Assembly (NCBI GenBank): GCA_001782035.1
Contig: MFNL01000002.1
Location: forward strand, 188,865 to 252,864
Reading direction: 5' to 3'
Length of the DNA stretch: 64,000 bases
Origin: Candidatus Levybacteria bacterium RIFCSPHIGHO2_01_FULL_37_17
GTDB taxonomy: Bacteria; Patescibacteriota; Microgenomatia; Levybacterales; UBA12049
Numbering within the stretch: the stretch's first letter is position 1; each line of letters starts with the position of its first letter. This document shows, one piece after another, positions 9,959-19,139 of the stretch. Both the position numbers and the translations under genes were made by a program. The notes below the pieces were generated by a model, which worked only from the letters and a program-made list of their open reading frames with translations, ran no database searches and was not told the origin of the DNA.

Positions 9959-10378
9959 ATGAGTAGAATAGAGATGCTAACACCGATTGAAAGAATAAGA
10001 CGCTATGAATTAAAGGATTCTGGAGAAGCCAAGCCCGGACAAAGGCAAAGAGGAATCGTTTTGGCAAGATTTGAAATAAATGAAGCTGAAACAAACTGGA
10101 AATATCCGAGCCTACAGGATCTTGTGCCAATTGTCTACGAAGATAGATATTATCCTGAAGGTGAAACTTATCTAATATGGCAAGCAGGCCAGTCTTTAGA
10201 TACTTTTGTGCGAAGTCTTGCGCTTGGCCGAAGGCATGCTATAAAAATTGCAGATGAAGTAAGAGAAGAAATTGGCTGCGAAGATTTAACAGACGGAGAA
10301 ATAATCGATGTCTTAAATAGAGACCTGGATTTTAGGAATTACGCAATAAGAATTGGGCTCCACAGCGAAAACGATTAA
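9959..10378 (+). CDS. Hypothetical protein
   Basis: ORF frame 9845..10378. An internal Met start avoids the overlap with the divergent ATPase gene. No recognisable domain. Confidence 0.3.
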   Translation: MSRIEMLTPIERIRRYELKDSGEAKPGQRQRGIVLARFEINEAETNWKYPSLQDLVPIVYEDRYYPEGETYLIWQAGQSLDTFVRSLALGRRHAIKIADEVREEIGCEDLTDGEIIDVLNRDLDFRNYAIRIGLHSEND

Positions 10379-10434
10379 TACTTTAAGGCTCCTAATTGCT
10401 ACGCTTTGCTAATTGAGGCTAATTATAACAGAAG

Positions 10435-10848
10435 TTAATTTTGCTCAACTACTGGACCGGATCGTATCATGGGGTCTGTTGGAACAACTACATTCATTCT
10501 TCGCATGCCTTCGAAATCGTCTATTCTATATCTTCGAATCACAGATGGATCTGCCTCCGGATCCTGGTCCTTATAATACATTTCTACCCAACCTAGGCCT
10601 GCAAACCTTACCGAAACTAATTTTCCGTTGAACGTGTCACGGAATTCACCGACTTTTGGCGGCTTTTTCATTACAGAAAGCTGAGTTTCATGAGTTATTA
10701 AACGATTGCCAACATTGTTTAGTTCAGTTACTTCAGACGGGGTTAGGCCCATCGGACCAAAAAGTTTATCTACGAGTTCTCTTTCTCTTTCAACCAGAAC
10801 ACCAGCCTCAAGCGAAGAGAGCGATCCAACCATTTTTCTTGTTTCCAT
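10435..10848 (-). CDS. Hypothetical protein
   Basis: Start taken at METRKM. An extended -10 (TGGTAGAAT) lies 7 nt upstream, which suggests a leaderless start. Confidence 0.3.
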   Translation of the reverse strand: METRKMVGSLSSLEAGVLVERERELVDKLFGPMGLTPSEVTELNNVGNRLITHETQLSVMKKPPKVGEFRDTFNGKLVSVRFAGLGWVEMYYKDQDPEADPSVIRRYRIDDFEGMRRMNVVVPTDPMIRSGPVVEQN

Positions 10849-10972
10849 AATCCCAATTCTACCAAATCCTAAGCCTAGAGTAAATATTAAGGTCAAATCC
10901 GGAGCTAATTATAGCAGAAGAACGATATATTCTAATATCTAAATTTTCAAGGCTAAGTGCTATAATGGACGA

Positions 10973-12409
10973 ATGAAAATTTTGTTTGTGGTATGGGAAC
11001 TTGATCCATTTTTCAAGCTTGGTGGCCTAGGGGATGTCGCTCGCTCTCTTCCCGGCGCGTTAAAAATTTTAGGAGAAGATATCCGTACGATAACCCCCTA
11101 TTACAAGGCAGTCAAAATGGGAAGAAATAAAAAAACACTTATCGGGAAGCTAAGTTTTGAATATGGTGGAAGAAAACAAAGGATTGAGGTCTGGAAGACA
11201 AATCAACCCTATACGAAAGTGCCTGCATATTTTTTAAAAAACAAAAAATATCTGGATAAAGCAACTCCGACGGATACCTGGGGATTTTTCAATAAAGCTG
11301 TAGTTGAGGTTATAAAAAACAATATTCTAAACTGGCAGCCGGAAATAATCCACATAAATGATCGCCACGGTGGACTAATTCCGCTTCTTATAAAAATAGA
11401 AAAACTTCCTATAAAAACAATTCTTACAATTCACAATCTTGCTTTTCAGGGACAGGCTAAGATGAAGATATTAAAAGATATGGGGATAGACCCTGAACTT
11501 TGCAAAATAACCAAATGGGAAATTAAATCTAGACAAGTAAACTTTTTAATGGAGGCAATTATCCATTCCGACACTATTACCACTGTCTCCCCTACTTATG
11601 CCAAGGAAATTTTAACCGAAGAATACGGTCAGGGACTAAATGATCTTTTAAAGCAAATGTCTGGAAAAATTTTTGGAATACTCAATGGAATTGACATTGA
11701 CTGGCGCTATACTACGCACGGAACCGCGGTTAGGTATCCATATAATTCTTCGGAGAAAAAAACAGATGGAAAAATTGAATATTATCATTGGCTGGATGGA
11801 AAAAAACATAATAAACTTTTTTTGCAAAAAAAGTTAGGCCTTAAAGTTGGTGAAAATATTCCTCTTATTTGTTTTATAGGAAGGCTTGATCCAAAACAAA
11901 AAGGACTTGATATATTACATACTCTGCTAAGGCGCAATGCTGATAAACCAAATTTCCAATTTGTACTTTTAGGCGATGGGGATAAAAACTGGGAAGAGCG
12001 TTATAAATGGCTTTCCACATTTTATCCAAAAAGTTTTTCCTGCAATTTTAGATTTGACGAAACACTTGCACACCAGCTTTATGCTGGATCGGATTTTATT
12101 GTTATTCCATCCCTCTATGAACCGTGCGGACTTATACAAATGATCGCAATGCTATTTGGAACAATTCCAATTGCGCATAAAACCGGAGGGCTAAAGGATT
12201 CTATAAAAGACAACTATAATGGATTTTTATTTCCCGATTACAATTCAATTTCTTTGGAAAAGTCTGTTACAAAAGCCATTGACGTTTGGCGAAATGACAG
12301 ATTTGAATTTGAAAAAATTGTAGAACATGCACTAAAAACGGATTTTTCTTGGACCAAAAGCGCAAAAGAATATAAAGTTCTTTACGAAAAACTACTGAGT
12401 AATTCCTAA
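10973..12409 (+). CDS. glgA: Glycogen/starch synthase, ADP-glucose type (GT5)
   Basis: N-terminal KLGGLGDV motif, a GT-B fold and a length of 478 aa. Confidence 0.85.
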   Translation: MKILFVVWELDPFFKLGGLGDVARSLPGALKILGEDIRTITPYYKAVKMGRNKKTLIGKLSFEYGGRKQRIEVWKTNQPYTKVPAYFLKNKKYLDKATPTDTWGFFNKAVVEVIKNNILNWQPEIIHINDRHGGLIPLLIKIEKLPIKTILTIHNLAFQGQAKMKILKDMGIDPELCKITKWEIKSRQVNFLMEAIIHSDTITTVSPTYAKEILTEEYGQGLNDLLKQMSGKIFGILNGIDIDWRYTTHGTAVRYPYNSSEKKTDGKIEYYHWLDGKKHNKLFLQKKLGLKVGENIPLICFIGRLDPKQKGLDILHTLLRRNADKPNFQFVLLGDGDKNWEERYKWLSTFYPKSFSCNFRFDETLAHQLYAGSDFIVIPSLYEPCGLIQMIAMLFGTIPIAHKTGGLKDSIKDNYNGFLFPDYNSISLEKSVTKAIDVWRNDRFEFEKIVEHALKTDFSWTKSAKEYKVLYEKLLSNS

Positions 12410-12466
12410 AAAGCCAAGGCCAAAAATCGGCTTCCCCCGTGACGTTTCATTTTTATCACCCTTGGT

Positions 12467-12901
12467 CTATTTCCAAAACCCGAGCACCAGACCCATCGCA
12501 AGTAAGGATACCAACCAATAAGCTGCATCTAGACCAAACAATTTCCAGTCTTTCTTTTCGCTAAAAATTGTATTTCCTAAATGAATTGGCAATATAAATC
12601 CTAACCACATCCAAAAAGCAGTCATTAGTCCAGTAGTTAATGGTTCGTAATTGAAAAAGTTTTGAGACAAAAACATGACATGTGCCAAAACGTATGCCGT
12701 GATTAAACTTACCACGTAAGTTACTGCGTAGTAGGGCATCATTTTCTTTTGCATTTCAGCCATTTCCTCTTTGCTTTTGCTATCAAACCCCTTCAATTTC
12801 TGCCACATTTTTCCAAACAAAGGACCGTACCAGGCAAAACCGATTACCATTTGGGCTACAGCGGCTAAAAGTAGAGCAATATAATTTACTTCAACTCCCA
12901 T
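12467..12901 (-). CDS. DUF1761-like small membrane protein
   Basis: Four TM helices and a GFAWYGPLFGKMW motif. Confidence 0.55.
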   Translation of the reverse strand: MGVEVNYIALLLAAVAQMVIGFAWYGPLFGKMWQKLKGFDSKSKEEMAEMQKKMMPYYAVTYVVSLITAYVLAHVMFLSQNFFNYEPLTTGLMTAFWMWLGFILPIHLGNTIFSEKKDWKLFGLDAAYWLVSLLAMGLVLGFWK

Positions 12902-12960
12902 TTATCTCACCTCCTCTCTTGTTTGAGAATACGAAGATTATCTGAAGTTGTCAATGCCGA

Positions 12961-13506
12961 TTATTCGATATTTTCTCCCTTTCCTATTACCTCTGTATAT
13001 TTAATTATTTCCTCTTTTGAAAGTTCTTCCATATGAACACCCTCTCTTTTGGCAATAATTAATCCCTGAATAAGTTTTTTTGCAAAAGCCGCGTCGTTTT
13101 TTCTCATATAGTTGAGTATAAATACCTCCTGATTTCCGTAGCGCGTGATACATTTTAAAGTGGCAAAAAATGGGCTTAGGCTAACTTCCACATTTAAAAT
13201 GTCCTCGATTGCATAACCTCTTATATCCTTATGGAAGAAAAACATTCTGTCTATTACGGTAACTTTAGTTTTGTCAATTATTATGCTATCGACAAAAAAT
13301 GTAAAAGGAAAAACAGTATCTGCTTTAAACAAAATTGAATTTGAGGCTTTTGCTAAAGTTACAATTTTTTCTGAGTCTTTAATATCCTCTGGTTTTGGGG
13401 TTGGAACGGCTACTGCGCGCGCAATTTTTGAGTCTTCGTTTTTAAACAAGATATCGTTATTTATTATTCTATCTTCTTCCTCAAAAATTACCGCGCGTTG
13501 TTTCAT
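12961..13506 (-). CDS. Hypothetical protein
   Basis: Start taken at MKQRAV, where an AAGGTG Shine-Dalgarno lies 8 nt upstream. The ORF-track start is a TTG. Confidence 0.3.
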   Translation of the reverse strand: MKQRAVIFEEEDRIINNDILFKNEDSKIARAVAVPTPKPEDIKDSEKIVTLAKASNSILFKADTVFPFTFFVDSIIIDKTKVTVIDRMFFFHKDIRGYAIEDILNVEVSLSPFFATLKCITRYGNQEVFILNYMRKNDAAFAKKLIQGLIIAKREGVHMEELSKEEIIKYTEVIGKGENIE

Positions 13507-13578
13507 ATTAAACGCACCTTTACATATTAAACGGAATATAGACAAATTGGTTTCAGTTTTAAGTAGAAAACTAAATAA

Positions 13579-14685
13579 CTACTTTAAATATTTATTGAAG
13601 AATTCAACTGTTTTTTGCATTGCTTGATTAAATGCAGCTCCGCTAAAGTTATGACCACCGGTTGGATATTCATTTAATTCATGGTGAATAGATGTTTTGT
13701 CTAGCAAGCTGTTTAAATTTCTGCTGAATTCTATGCTAACTACAGGATCATCTAAGGCATGATTTAAAGAAATTGCACCTTTTATGCCTGAGAGGTAATT
13801 AGTAATTGGGACTTGTTTCCAAAAAGAAGAATTTGGATCAAATTGTCCGTATCTTTCAACCAATTCGTTTCTTTTTTTTCTGCTCGGTGATTCAGATGGC
13901 GGAGGTTGATAAGAATTATCATCTATTCCAAATTCGGCAAGATCTTCGTAGGTATAAACCGCTCCTGCCCAAATCGCAACCGCTGGTATATTGGGAGATG
14001 CAGCCAATGCTCTGGATACGACGTTTCCGGCCATAGAATGTCCCCAAAGCCCAATTTTGTCGGGATTAACAAAGTTTGCGTTTTGGAGGGCAGCTTTGGC
14101 ATTTAACGTGTCTACAATATAATCACCCGAATAATACCCTCCTCCCGGCTCTCCTTCGCTCTGTCCGTGTCCCCTAAGGTCTATTTTAAAAATAACAAAA
14201 CCATTCTTTGCCAAATAATCAACGTAGGAAGAATAATTAACCAGCGTTTGGTAATTTTTAGGAGGAATGTAGCCGTGGACAAAAACAATTGCCGGCCACC
14301 CATTTTCCGGCTTGCCTCCCGCAGGGATTGTAAGAAATCCGTTTATTTTATTTCCGTCCGAGATGTAATTTGTTAAAAAAGATGTGTAATTTGAATTTTT
14401 CGAAACCTCTGCGAGCTCACCCAACTGACTTTTGTAATCTCTTGATCGAAGATATGGGATGGTTATTTCCTGGAAAGGGAAAGGCGCTGGGGAAATAGAA
14501 TTTGAAATTGGGCTGTTAAGGCTTGCAGCTTGGTTTTTGTTGAAAAACGAGTAATAAAAGGCGCCCAAAACGAAAAGGTTGAAACCAATTAAAGCTGAAA
14601 GTAGAAGAGCAATTTTTTTTATTCTTTGAGGCCTGGTCAAAATTTGTGGCTTATCTGTAGGCCCTTGCTTGGTATTTTCTTCCAT
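13579..14685 (-). CDS. Membrane-anchored alpha/beta-hydrolase (S9 / dienelactone-hydrolase-like)
   Basis: N-terminal TM helix, a GHSMAGNVV nucleophile elbow and a C-terminal HGxxD. It is a paralog of the 15850..16893 gene. Confidence 0.7.
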   Translation of the reverse strand: MEENTKQGPTDKPQILTRPQRIKKIALLLSALIGFNLFVLGAFYYSFFNKNQAASLNSPISNSISPAPFPFQEITIPYLRSRDYKSQLGELAEVSKNSNYTSFLTNYISDGNKINGFLTIPAGGKPENGWPAIVFVHGYIPPKNYQTLVNYSSYVDYLAKNGFVIFKIDLRGHGQSEGEPGGGYYSGDYIVDTLNAKAALQNANFVNPDKIGLWGHSMAGNVVSRALAASPNIPAVAIWAGAVYTYEDLAEFGIDDNSYQPPPSESPSRKKRNELVERYGQFDPNSSFWKQVPITNYLSGIKGAISLNHALDDPVVSIEFSRNLNSLLDKTSIHHELNEYPTGGHNFSGAAFNQAMQKTVEFFNKYLK

Positions 14686-14708
14686 AAGCTTTATAATTAT
14701 ACCTTAAA
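14686..14708. promoter_or_regulatory. Face-to-face overlapping -10 elements in a 23-bp divergent intergenic region
   Basis: The palindromic core TATAATTATA gives a TATAAT on each strand, ~10 nt from the divergent start codons at 14685 and 14709. Confidence 0.4.
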
Positions 14709-15857
14709 ATGAGTCAGCAAAATTCGCACTTAGACCAAGTTAAAAAATATCCAAACTTTGCCTTACGCAATAGTTTTATTGTGTTTTTTTTAGCAATAAT
14801 TATTTTCGGTTTAATCATTTTCTTTTTTCTTTCCTTTCTAGCTGAAAAAGCACCCGATAAAACAGCAGAAAGCAAAATCCCTTTACTTAGACCAATGGCC
14901 ACTCCTACGCTCCCACCTATACCCTCAAGCAAAATTCTTTCAAACGGTAACTATCATATTTTTCAAACATTTAATAATTGCGGCCCGGCATCTTTATCTA
15001 TGGCTTTAAGGTTCTACGGAATTGAGGTAAGTCAGGCAGAATTAGGAAATGATTTAAGACCTTATCAAATTCCGGGTGGAGATAATGACGACAAGTCGGT
15101 AACGCTTGAAGAGCTTGCCGAAAAAGCGAAAGAATATGGATTTATAACCTATCACCGACCTATGGGAAATCCTGAAATAATTAAAAAATTTATAGCTAAT
15201 GACATTCCTGTTATAGCGCGTACATGGACCAAGCCCAATGAAGACATCGGACATTACAGAGTTATAAAAGGATATGATGAGGCCCGCGGAATTTTTGTTC
15301 AGGATGACTCACTCCAAAATAAAAATTTGGAATACACCTACTCTGACTTTAATGAAATCTGGGAAAAATTCAATTATGAATACTTGGTTCTTGTTCCCAA
15401 AGAAAAAGAAGAAATCGCAAATACTATACTAGGAAATCATCTCGATACGAAAAATGCTTGGAGAGATGCCATAAAAAACTCGGAAGAAGAATTGCGAACA
15501 AATCCAAATGCCCTGAGCGCGCGGTTTAATCTTTCCGTAGCGCTTTACAATGTTGGAGAATATAAGCGCTCAACGGAAGAATTTGAAAAAGCTGAACATT
15601 TACTTCCCTTCCGGACTCTTTGGTATCAGATAGAGCCTATTGAGGCATATTATGAACTGAGAAACTACGACCGGGTTTTTGAAGTAACGAATAAGGTTTT
15701 AAATAATTACAATCGAGCTTTTTCTGAACTTTATATCCTTAGAGGAAAAGCTTACCAGAGACAAGGACAAACAGATCTAGCACGTGCAGAATTTGAAAAA
15801 GCAGTATTTTATAATGTGAATCTCAAGGATGCCCGTGAGCTTTTGAACTCTACTTGA
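14709..15857 (+). CDS. Membrane-anchored C39-like (Peptidase_C39_2) cysteine peptidase with C-terminal TPR repeats
   Basis: N-terminal TM helix, an NNCGPASLSMAL catalytic-Cys motif with a downstream GHY His, and C-terminal TPR-like helical repeats. Confidence 0.55.
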   Translation: MSQQNSHLDQVKKYPNFALRNSFIVFFLAIIIFGLIIFFFLSFLAEKAPDKTAESKIPLLRPMATPTLPPIPSSKILSNGNYHIFQTFNNCGPASLSMALRFYGIEVSQAELGNDLRPYQIPGGDNDDKSVTLEELAEKAKEYGFITYHRPMGNPEIIKKFIANDIPVIARTWTKPNEDIGHYRVIKGYDEARGIFVQDDSLQNKNLEYTYSDFNEIWEKFNYEYLVLVPKEKEEIANTILGNHLDTKNAWRDAIKNSEEELRTNPNALSARFNLSVALYNVGEYKRSTEEFEKAEHLLPFRTLWYQIEPIEAYYELRNYDRVFEVTNKVLNNYNRAFSELYILRGKAYQRQGQTDLARAEFEKAVFYNVNLKDARELLNST

Positions 15858-16893
15858 GATATTTATCAAAAAATTCTACTGATCTTCTCGCTGCTGTTCC
15901 AAAATTTGCCGAAATATTATGATCGTCACCCGAATATGTATAAAGCTCAACAATTTTCCCTACATCTTTTAGTTGCTGCGCCAATTTTTCAGAAAACTCA
16001 ACTGGCACGGACGAATCTGCAGTCCCGTGGTGCAGTTGGAGCGGTCCTGAAATATCGGAAAGGAAAGAGTTTGCGGAAATCGAATTCCAAAAAGTCGGGT
16101 TTTGAGAAGGTTCTCCAAACTGCTGTGATAATGCCTGTCTCCAGCTTCCTCCCCTAGTTGAAGGCGTTGCGGAAGGGGCATTTCTTCTTCTCCATCTTTC
16201 GAATAAATCCTCATAACTTCCAACAACTCCTGCCCAGATAACCCCTGCTTTTATATCTTTTGAAACAACCATAGCCCGCAACGTTATAAATCCTCCCAAG
16301 GAATGTCCCCACATACCAATTCTATTCGGATTCACGCTTTTATGCTTTTTGAGTGAGGATAGTGCATTTAAAATATCTATGGCATAAGCGTTAGAACCGT
16401 AAGCACCAGTAGCCTCACCCTCCGAGCTACCATGCCCCCTATAATCCGGGCGGAGCAAAACATATCCGTTTCGTGAAAAAGCGTCTGTATAAGCAATGTA
16501 TTTTTCCGTAGTTTTATACTGCGCAGGAGGTATATACCCATGATTAAATACAATTGCCGGGAAACCGTCTTTGGGGGGATCTGCCTTGGGTATAGTCAGG
16601 AGGGCGTAAATTTTTAGGCCTTCGGACAGATAAGATACAATATGCCGGCTATAATTGCTTCCAGGCTCAAGAGTTTGCTCAATTTTTAAATCAGACCCGG
16701 GATAATTTTGCTTTCTTAGATATTCAATTGATAGATTGTGGGGATTGTTATCAAGAATTCCGCCAAATATATTTTCATTATTCTCATTTGTCGCAAGAGA
16801 ATTTTTTTCTTTTGAAATTAGATTTTGAAACAAAAATAGGCTAATTAAAATAATAATTGAAAGTAAAACTATATAGAAAGGCCTTTTTGGCAT
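15850..16893 (-). CDS. Membrane-anchored alpha/beta-hydrolase (S9-like), paralog of 13579..14685
   Basis: GFPAIVFNHGYIPP and GHSLGGFITL motifs. The stretch FPAIVFxHGYIPP is shared with the paralog. Confidence 0.7.
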   Translation of the reverse strand: MPKRPFYIVLLSIIILISLFLFQNLISKEKNSLATNENNENIFGGILDNNPHNLSIEYLRKQNYPGSDLKIEQTLEPGSNYSRHIVSYLSEGLKIYALLTIPKADPPKDGFPAIVFNHGYIPPAQYKTTEKYIAYTDAFSRNGYVLLRPDYRGHGSSEGEATGAYGSNAYAIDILNALSSLKKHKSVNPNRIGMWGHSLGGFITLRAMVVSKDIKAGVIWAGVVGSYEDLFERWRRRNAPSATPSTRGGSWRQALSQQFGEPSQNPTFWNSISANSFLSDISGPLQLHHGTADSSVPVEFSEKLAQQLKDVGKIVELYTYSGDDHNISANFGTAARRSVEFFDKYLK

Positions 16894-16961
16894 AGAAGAT
16901 TCCTTTATTTTATATGAAAAGTAATTGGCTATTCAAGGCTTAAAGTTGCTAAATAGAAATT

Positions 16962-17600
16962 CTATAAACCGGGGTTTGTTTGTAGATTTTGTGAGGGGAG
17001 TGTTTGAAGCATCTCTTCAACTTCTTCTTTTTTATCTTCCACCTTAGATGCGTTTTTTTCAATTATTTCCTTGACTTGGATTAATGAGTCTTTTATTTTC
17101 TCTGAAGCATTGATTAAACCGGTATTTTTAGGAAGTTCTATTTCGTTTTCAGCTTGCTTCTCTTCTATAGGTGTCGCTGTTGCTGCTCCATTAGAATCAA
17201 TACTTGCCTCATTTTCTTTAGCAGTTTCTAGATCCTGCGTCTCTGTTTCATTATTCTGGGGGCTTTGTCCCAAGTTATGGGAGACTCTCTCATAAACTTT
17301 TTGCGACAAGACCTTAAGCGGATAAAGCGCTTGCCCCTGCTGTGTTGCGCTTGCAACGTGGCTGAAAACAACAAAGAATAGGAAAAGTATTGGAAGCGCG
17401 TATAAAACTCTACTGTATAAGCTCGAAGTTTTCAAAGGATTATCAATTTGGTTTAGGAATTTGTCTTTTGTTTGTTTTGACCTTTGAAAACTATAAAGGT
17501 TGGAAAGATTCTTTGTAAACAAGAGCATTTCTGCTGCGTCCTTAGCATCATCTCCTTGGCTCTTAAATTCAGAGATTGTTAATTTATCTTTTTTATTCAT
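16962..17600 (-). CDS. Putative single-pass anti-sigma factor
   Basis: Overlaps the sigma-factor gene by 8 nt. It has a cytoplasmic N-terminus, one TM helix and an acidic extracytoplasmic tail. Confidence 0.35.
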   Translation of the reverse strand: MNKKDKLTISEFKSQGDDAKDAAEMLLFTKNLSNLYSFQRSKQTKDKFLNQIDNPLKTSSLYSRVLYALPILFLFFVVFSHVASATQQGQALYPLKVLSQKVYERVSHNLGQSPQNNETETQDLETAKENEASIDSNGAATATPIEEKQAENEIELPKNTGLINASEKIKDSLIQVKEIIEKNASKVEDKKEEVEEMLQTLPSQNLQTNPGL

Positions 17601-18099
17601 TTTTTATAACCTCTTTTAATTTTTTAATTGCCCTGTATTGCAAAACTCTTACATTTACTTCTGTCATATCTAAGGCAACTCCTACTTCTCTTGCGCTCAT
17701 TTCATTAATGAATCTTAAAATTAATACTTCTTTCAGGTTTTGAGGAAGCAGTTTAATTTGCTGATTAAGTTTTTGAATATTATCGTCTTTGTGCAGATTT
17801 TCGATCAGTTTTTGATCGTAAAATGGCTCTATTCCCCGTTCCATCGTTTCCTCTAGCGAGATTTGCCTTCGGTTTTTCTGTTTTCTATATAAGTCCACAA
17901 TAATATTTTTCGCTATTTTATATAAAAGTGCCTGAATGAAATTTAATTTTATTTTTGACCATTTTCTCCAAACCCGCAAAAATACCTCGCTAACAATGTC
18001 TTCTGCCAAATACGGGTCATTTATGCTCAAATAGACATAGCGATAAATTTTGTCGGAATATTTAAGGTAAATTTCTTCGAATTGCTGCCTCGAATTCAT
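17593..18099 (-). CDS. ECF-type sigma-70 family RNA polymerase sigma factor
   Basis: Sigma region 2 (DIVSEVFLRVW) and a region 4 HTH (EVGVALDMTEVNVRVLQYRAIKKLK). Confidence 0.8.
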   Translation of the reverse strand: MNSRQQFEEIYLKYSDKIYRYVYLSINDPYLAEDIVSEVFLRVWRKWSKIKLNFIQALLYKIAKNIIVDLYRKQKNRRQISLEETMERGIEPFYDQKLIENLHKDDNIQKLNQQIKLLPQNLKEVLILRFINEMSAREVGVALDMTEVNVRVLQYRAIKKLKEVIKNE

Positions 18100-18317
18100 T
18101 TACGATATTCTAGCACATTCCATATACTGTAACGCGCAATATCGTATTTCGTTATATGTTTAAACCAATACGAAAGGAGGAAAAGAGTGAATTCATTTAC
18201 TAAATTTTTAGATTCGATCGAGTTAGTGCTCGCCAATTTTTATTCAAGACTTTTCCGACTAATGTAGCAATAGGACTAGTTGTTTTTTAGCCTATATTAT
18301 GCTACTATTTTGCCTCA

Positions 18318-18635
18318 ATGTCACAGGAATTTGAACGAACAAGACGCATGGCTATTCCTTCATGGGAAGAAACTAAGGGAACATTAGAAATTAGAACCCA
18401 TAATAACTCTACCCAACATAGTTTATTAATTAATAATCAGGATTTTTTAAGGGATAGTTATAAACAAGTTTACGATGCATTTGTATCCGGTAAAAAAGTT
18501 GCAAAATCAAACGACGGAGGCCCACTGGCGTATCATCTTAGAATAATTAGAGAAAAAGTTACAGGCAAGCCGGAAAAACGGTCCCGCGGTTTTGCAAAAG
18601 GCATACGAAGACAAAAAGCTCTTTCTGCTAAATAG
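18318..18635 (+). CDS. Hypothetical basic protein
   Basis: An ORF only, divergent from the sigma factor gene. Confidence 0.25.
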   Translation: MSQEFERTRRMAIPSWEETKGTLEIRTHNNSTQHSLLINNQDFLRDSYKQVYDAFVSGKKVAKSNDGGPLAYHLRIIREKVTGKPEKRSRGFAKGIRRQKALSAK

Positions 18636-18684
18636 TCTTGAAATTTATCTTATAATATGCTACCATACCTCACTGCTTCTTATG

Positions 18685-19119
18685 GGTATGAGCGAAAGAG
18701 ACAGACAAATAGGTATTAGAGGAAGAAGGGGAGGTCACTTACCCGGACGATTAATCTCAATAAAAGAGTATGAGAGACGTCGCGGCGAAATATCAGCCGA
18801 CAGACCTGTTTCGCCGATTTCTGTAGCTGACACGTCGTTTAATACTTTTAAAAGATGGTACATTCAAAGACTTTCTTCAAGCACTCCTGATTCTGAATTT
18901 GAAGGACTAGATAAATCAAAAATATTAAGACAGTTTGAAAAAGCCGCAAGCTCATATGAGGAAATTTTTAAGACCTTTAGGGCAAAAGACTTAGACCATC
19001 AAGATGTAGACATCAATGCTTTAGTAGAAGCATACGATTCCGATCTGTTTGGCATTACAACAAAAATCATGAGATCAGAATTAGTAAGAATTGCAAAAAC
19101 TAGAGCCAAGTTATCCTAG
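18685..19119 (+). CDS. Hypothetical protein
   Basis: ORF frame 18592..19119. An internal Met start avoids the overlap. Confidence 0.25.
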   Translation, partial: GMSERDRQIGIRGRRGGHLPGRLISIKEYERRRGEISADRPVSPISVADTSFNTFKRWYIQRLSSSTPDSEFEGLDKSKILRQFEKAASSYEEIFKTFRAKDLDHQDVDINALVEAYDSDLFGITTKIMRSELVRIAKTRAKLS

Positions 19120-19139
19120 AATTGTGTTAAAATAATTCT

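Noticed and set aside
18170-18260. Short GTG-initiated 26-codon ORF with AAAGGAGG upstream, in the sigma-factor divergent region
   Set aside because: It is too short and unconserved-looking. It is more likely a chance SD-like purine run within a promoter region.
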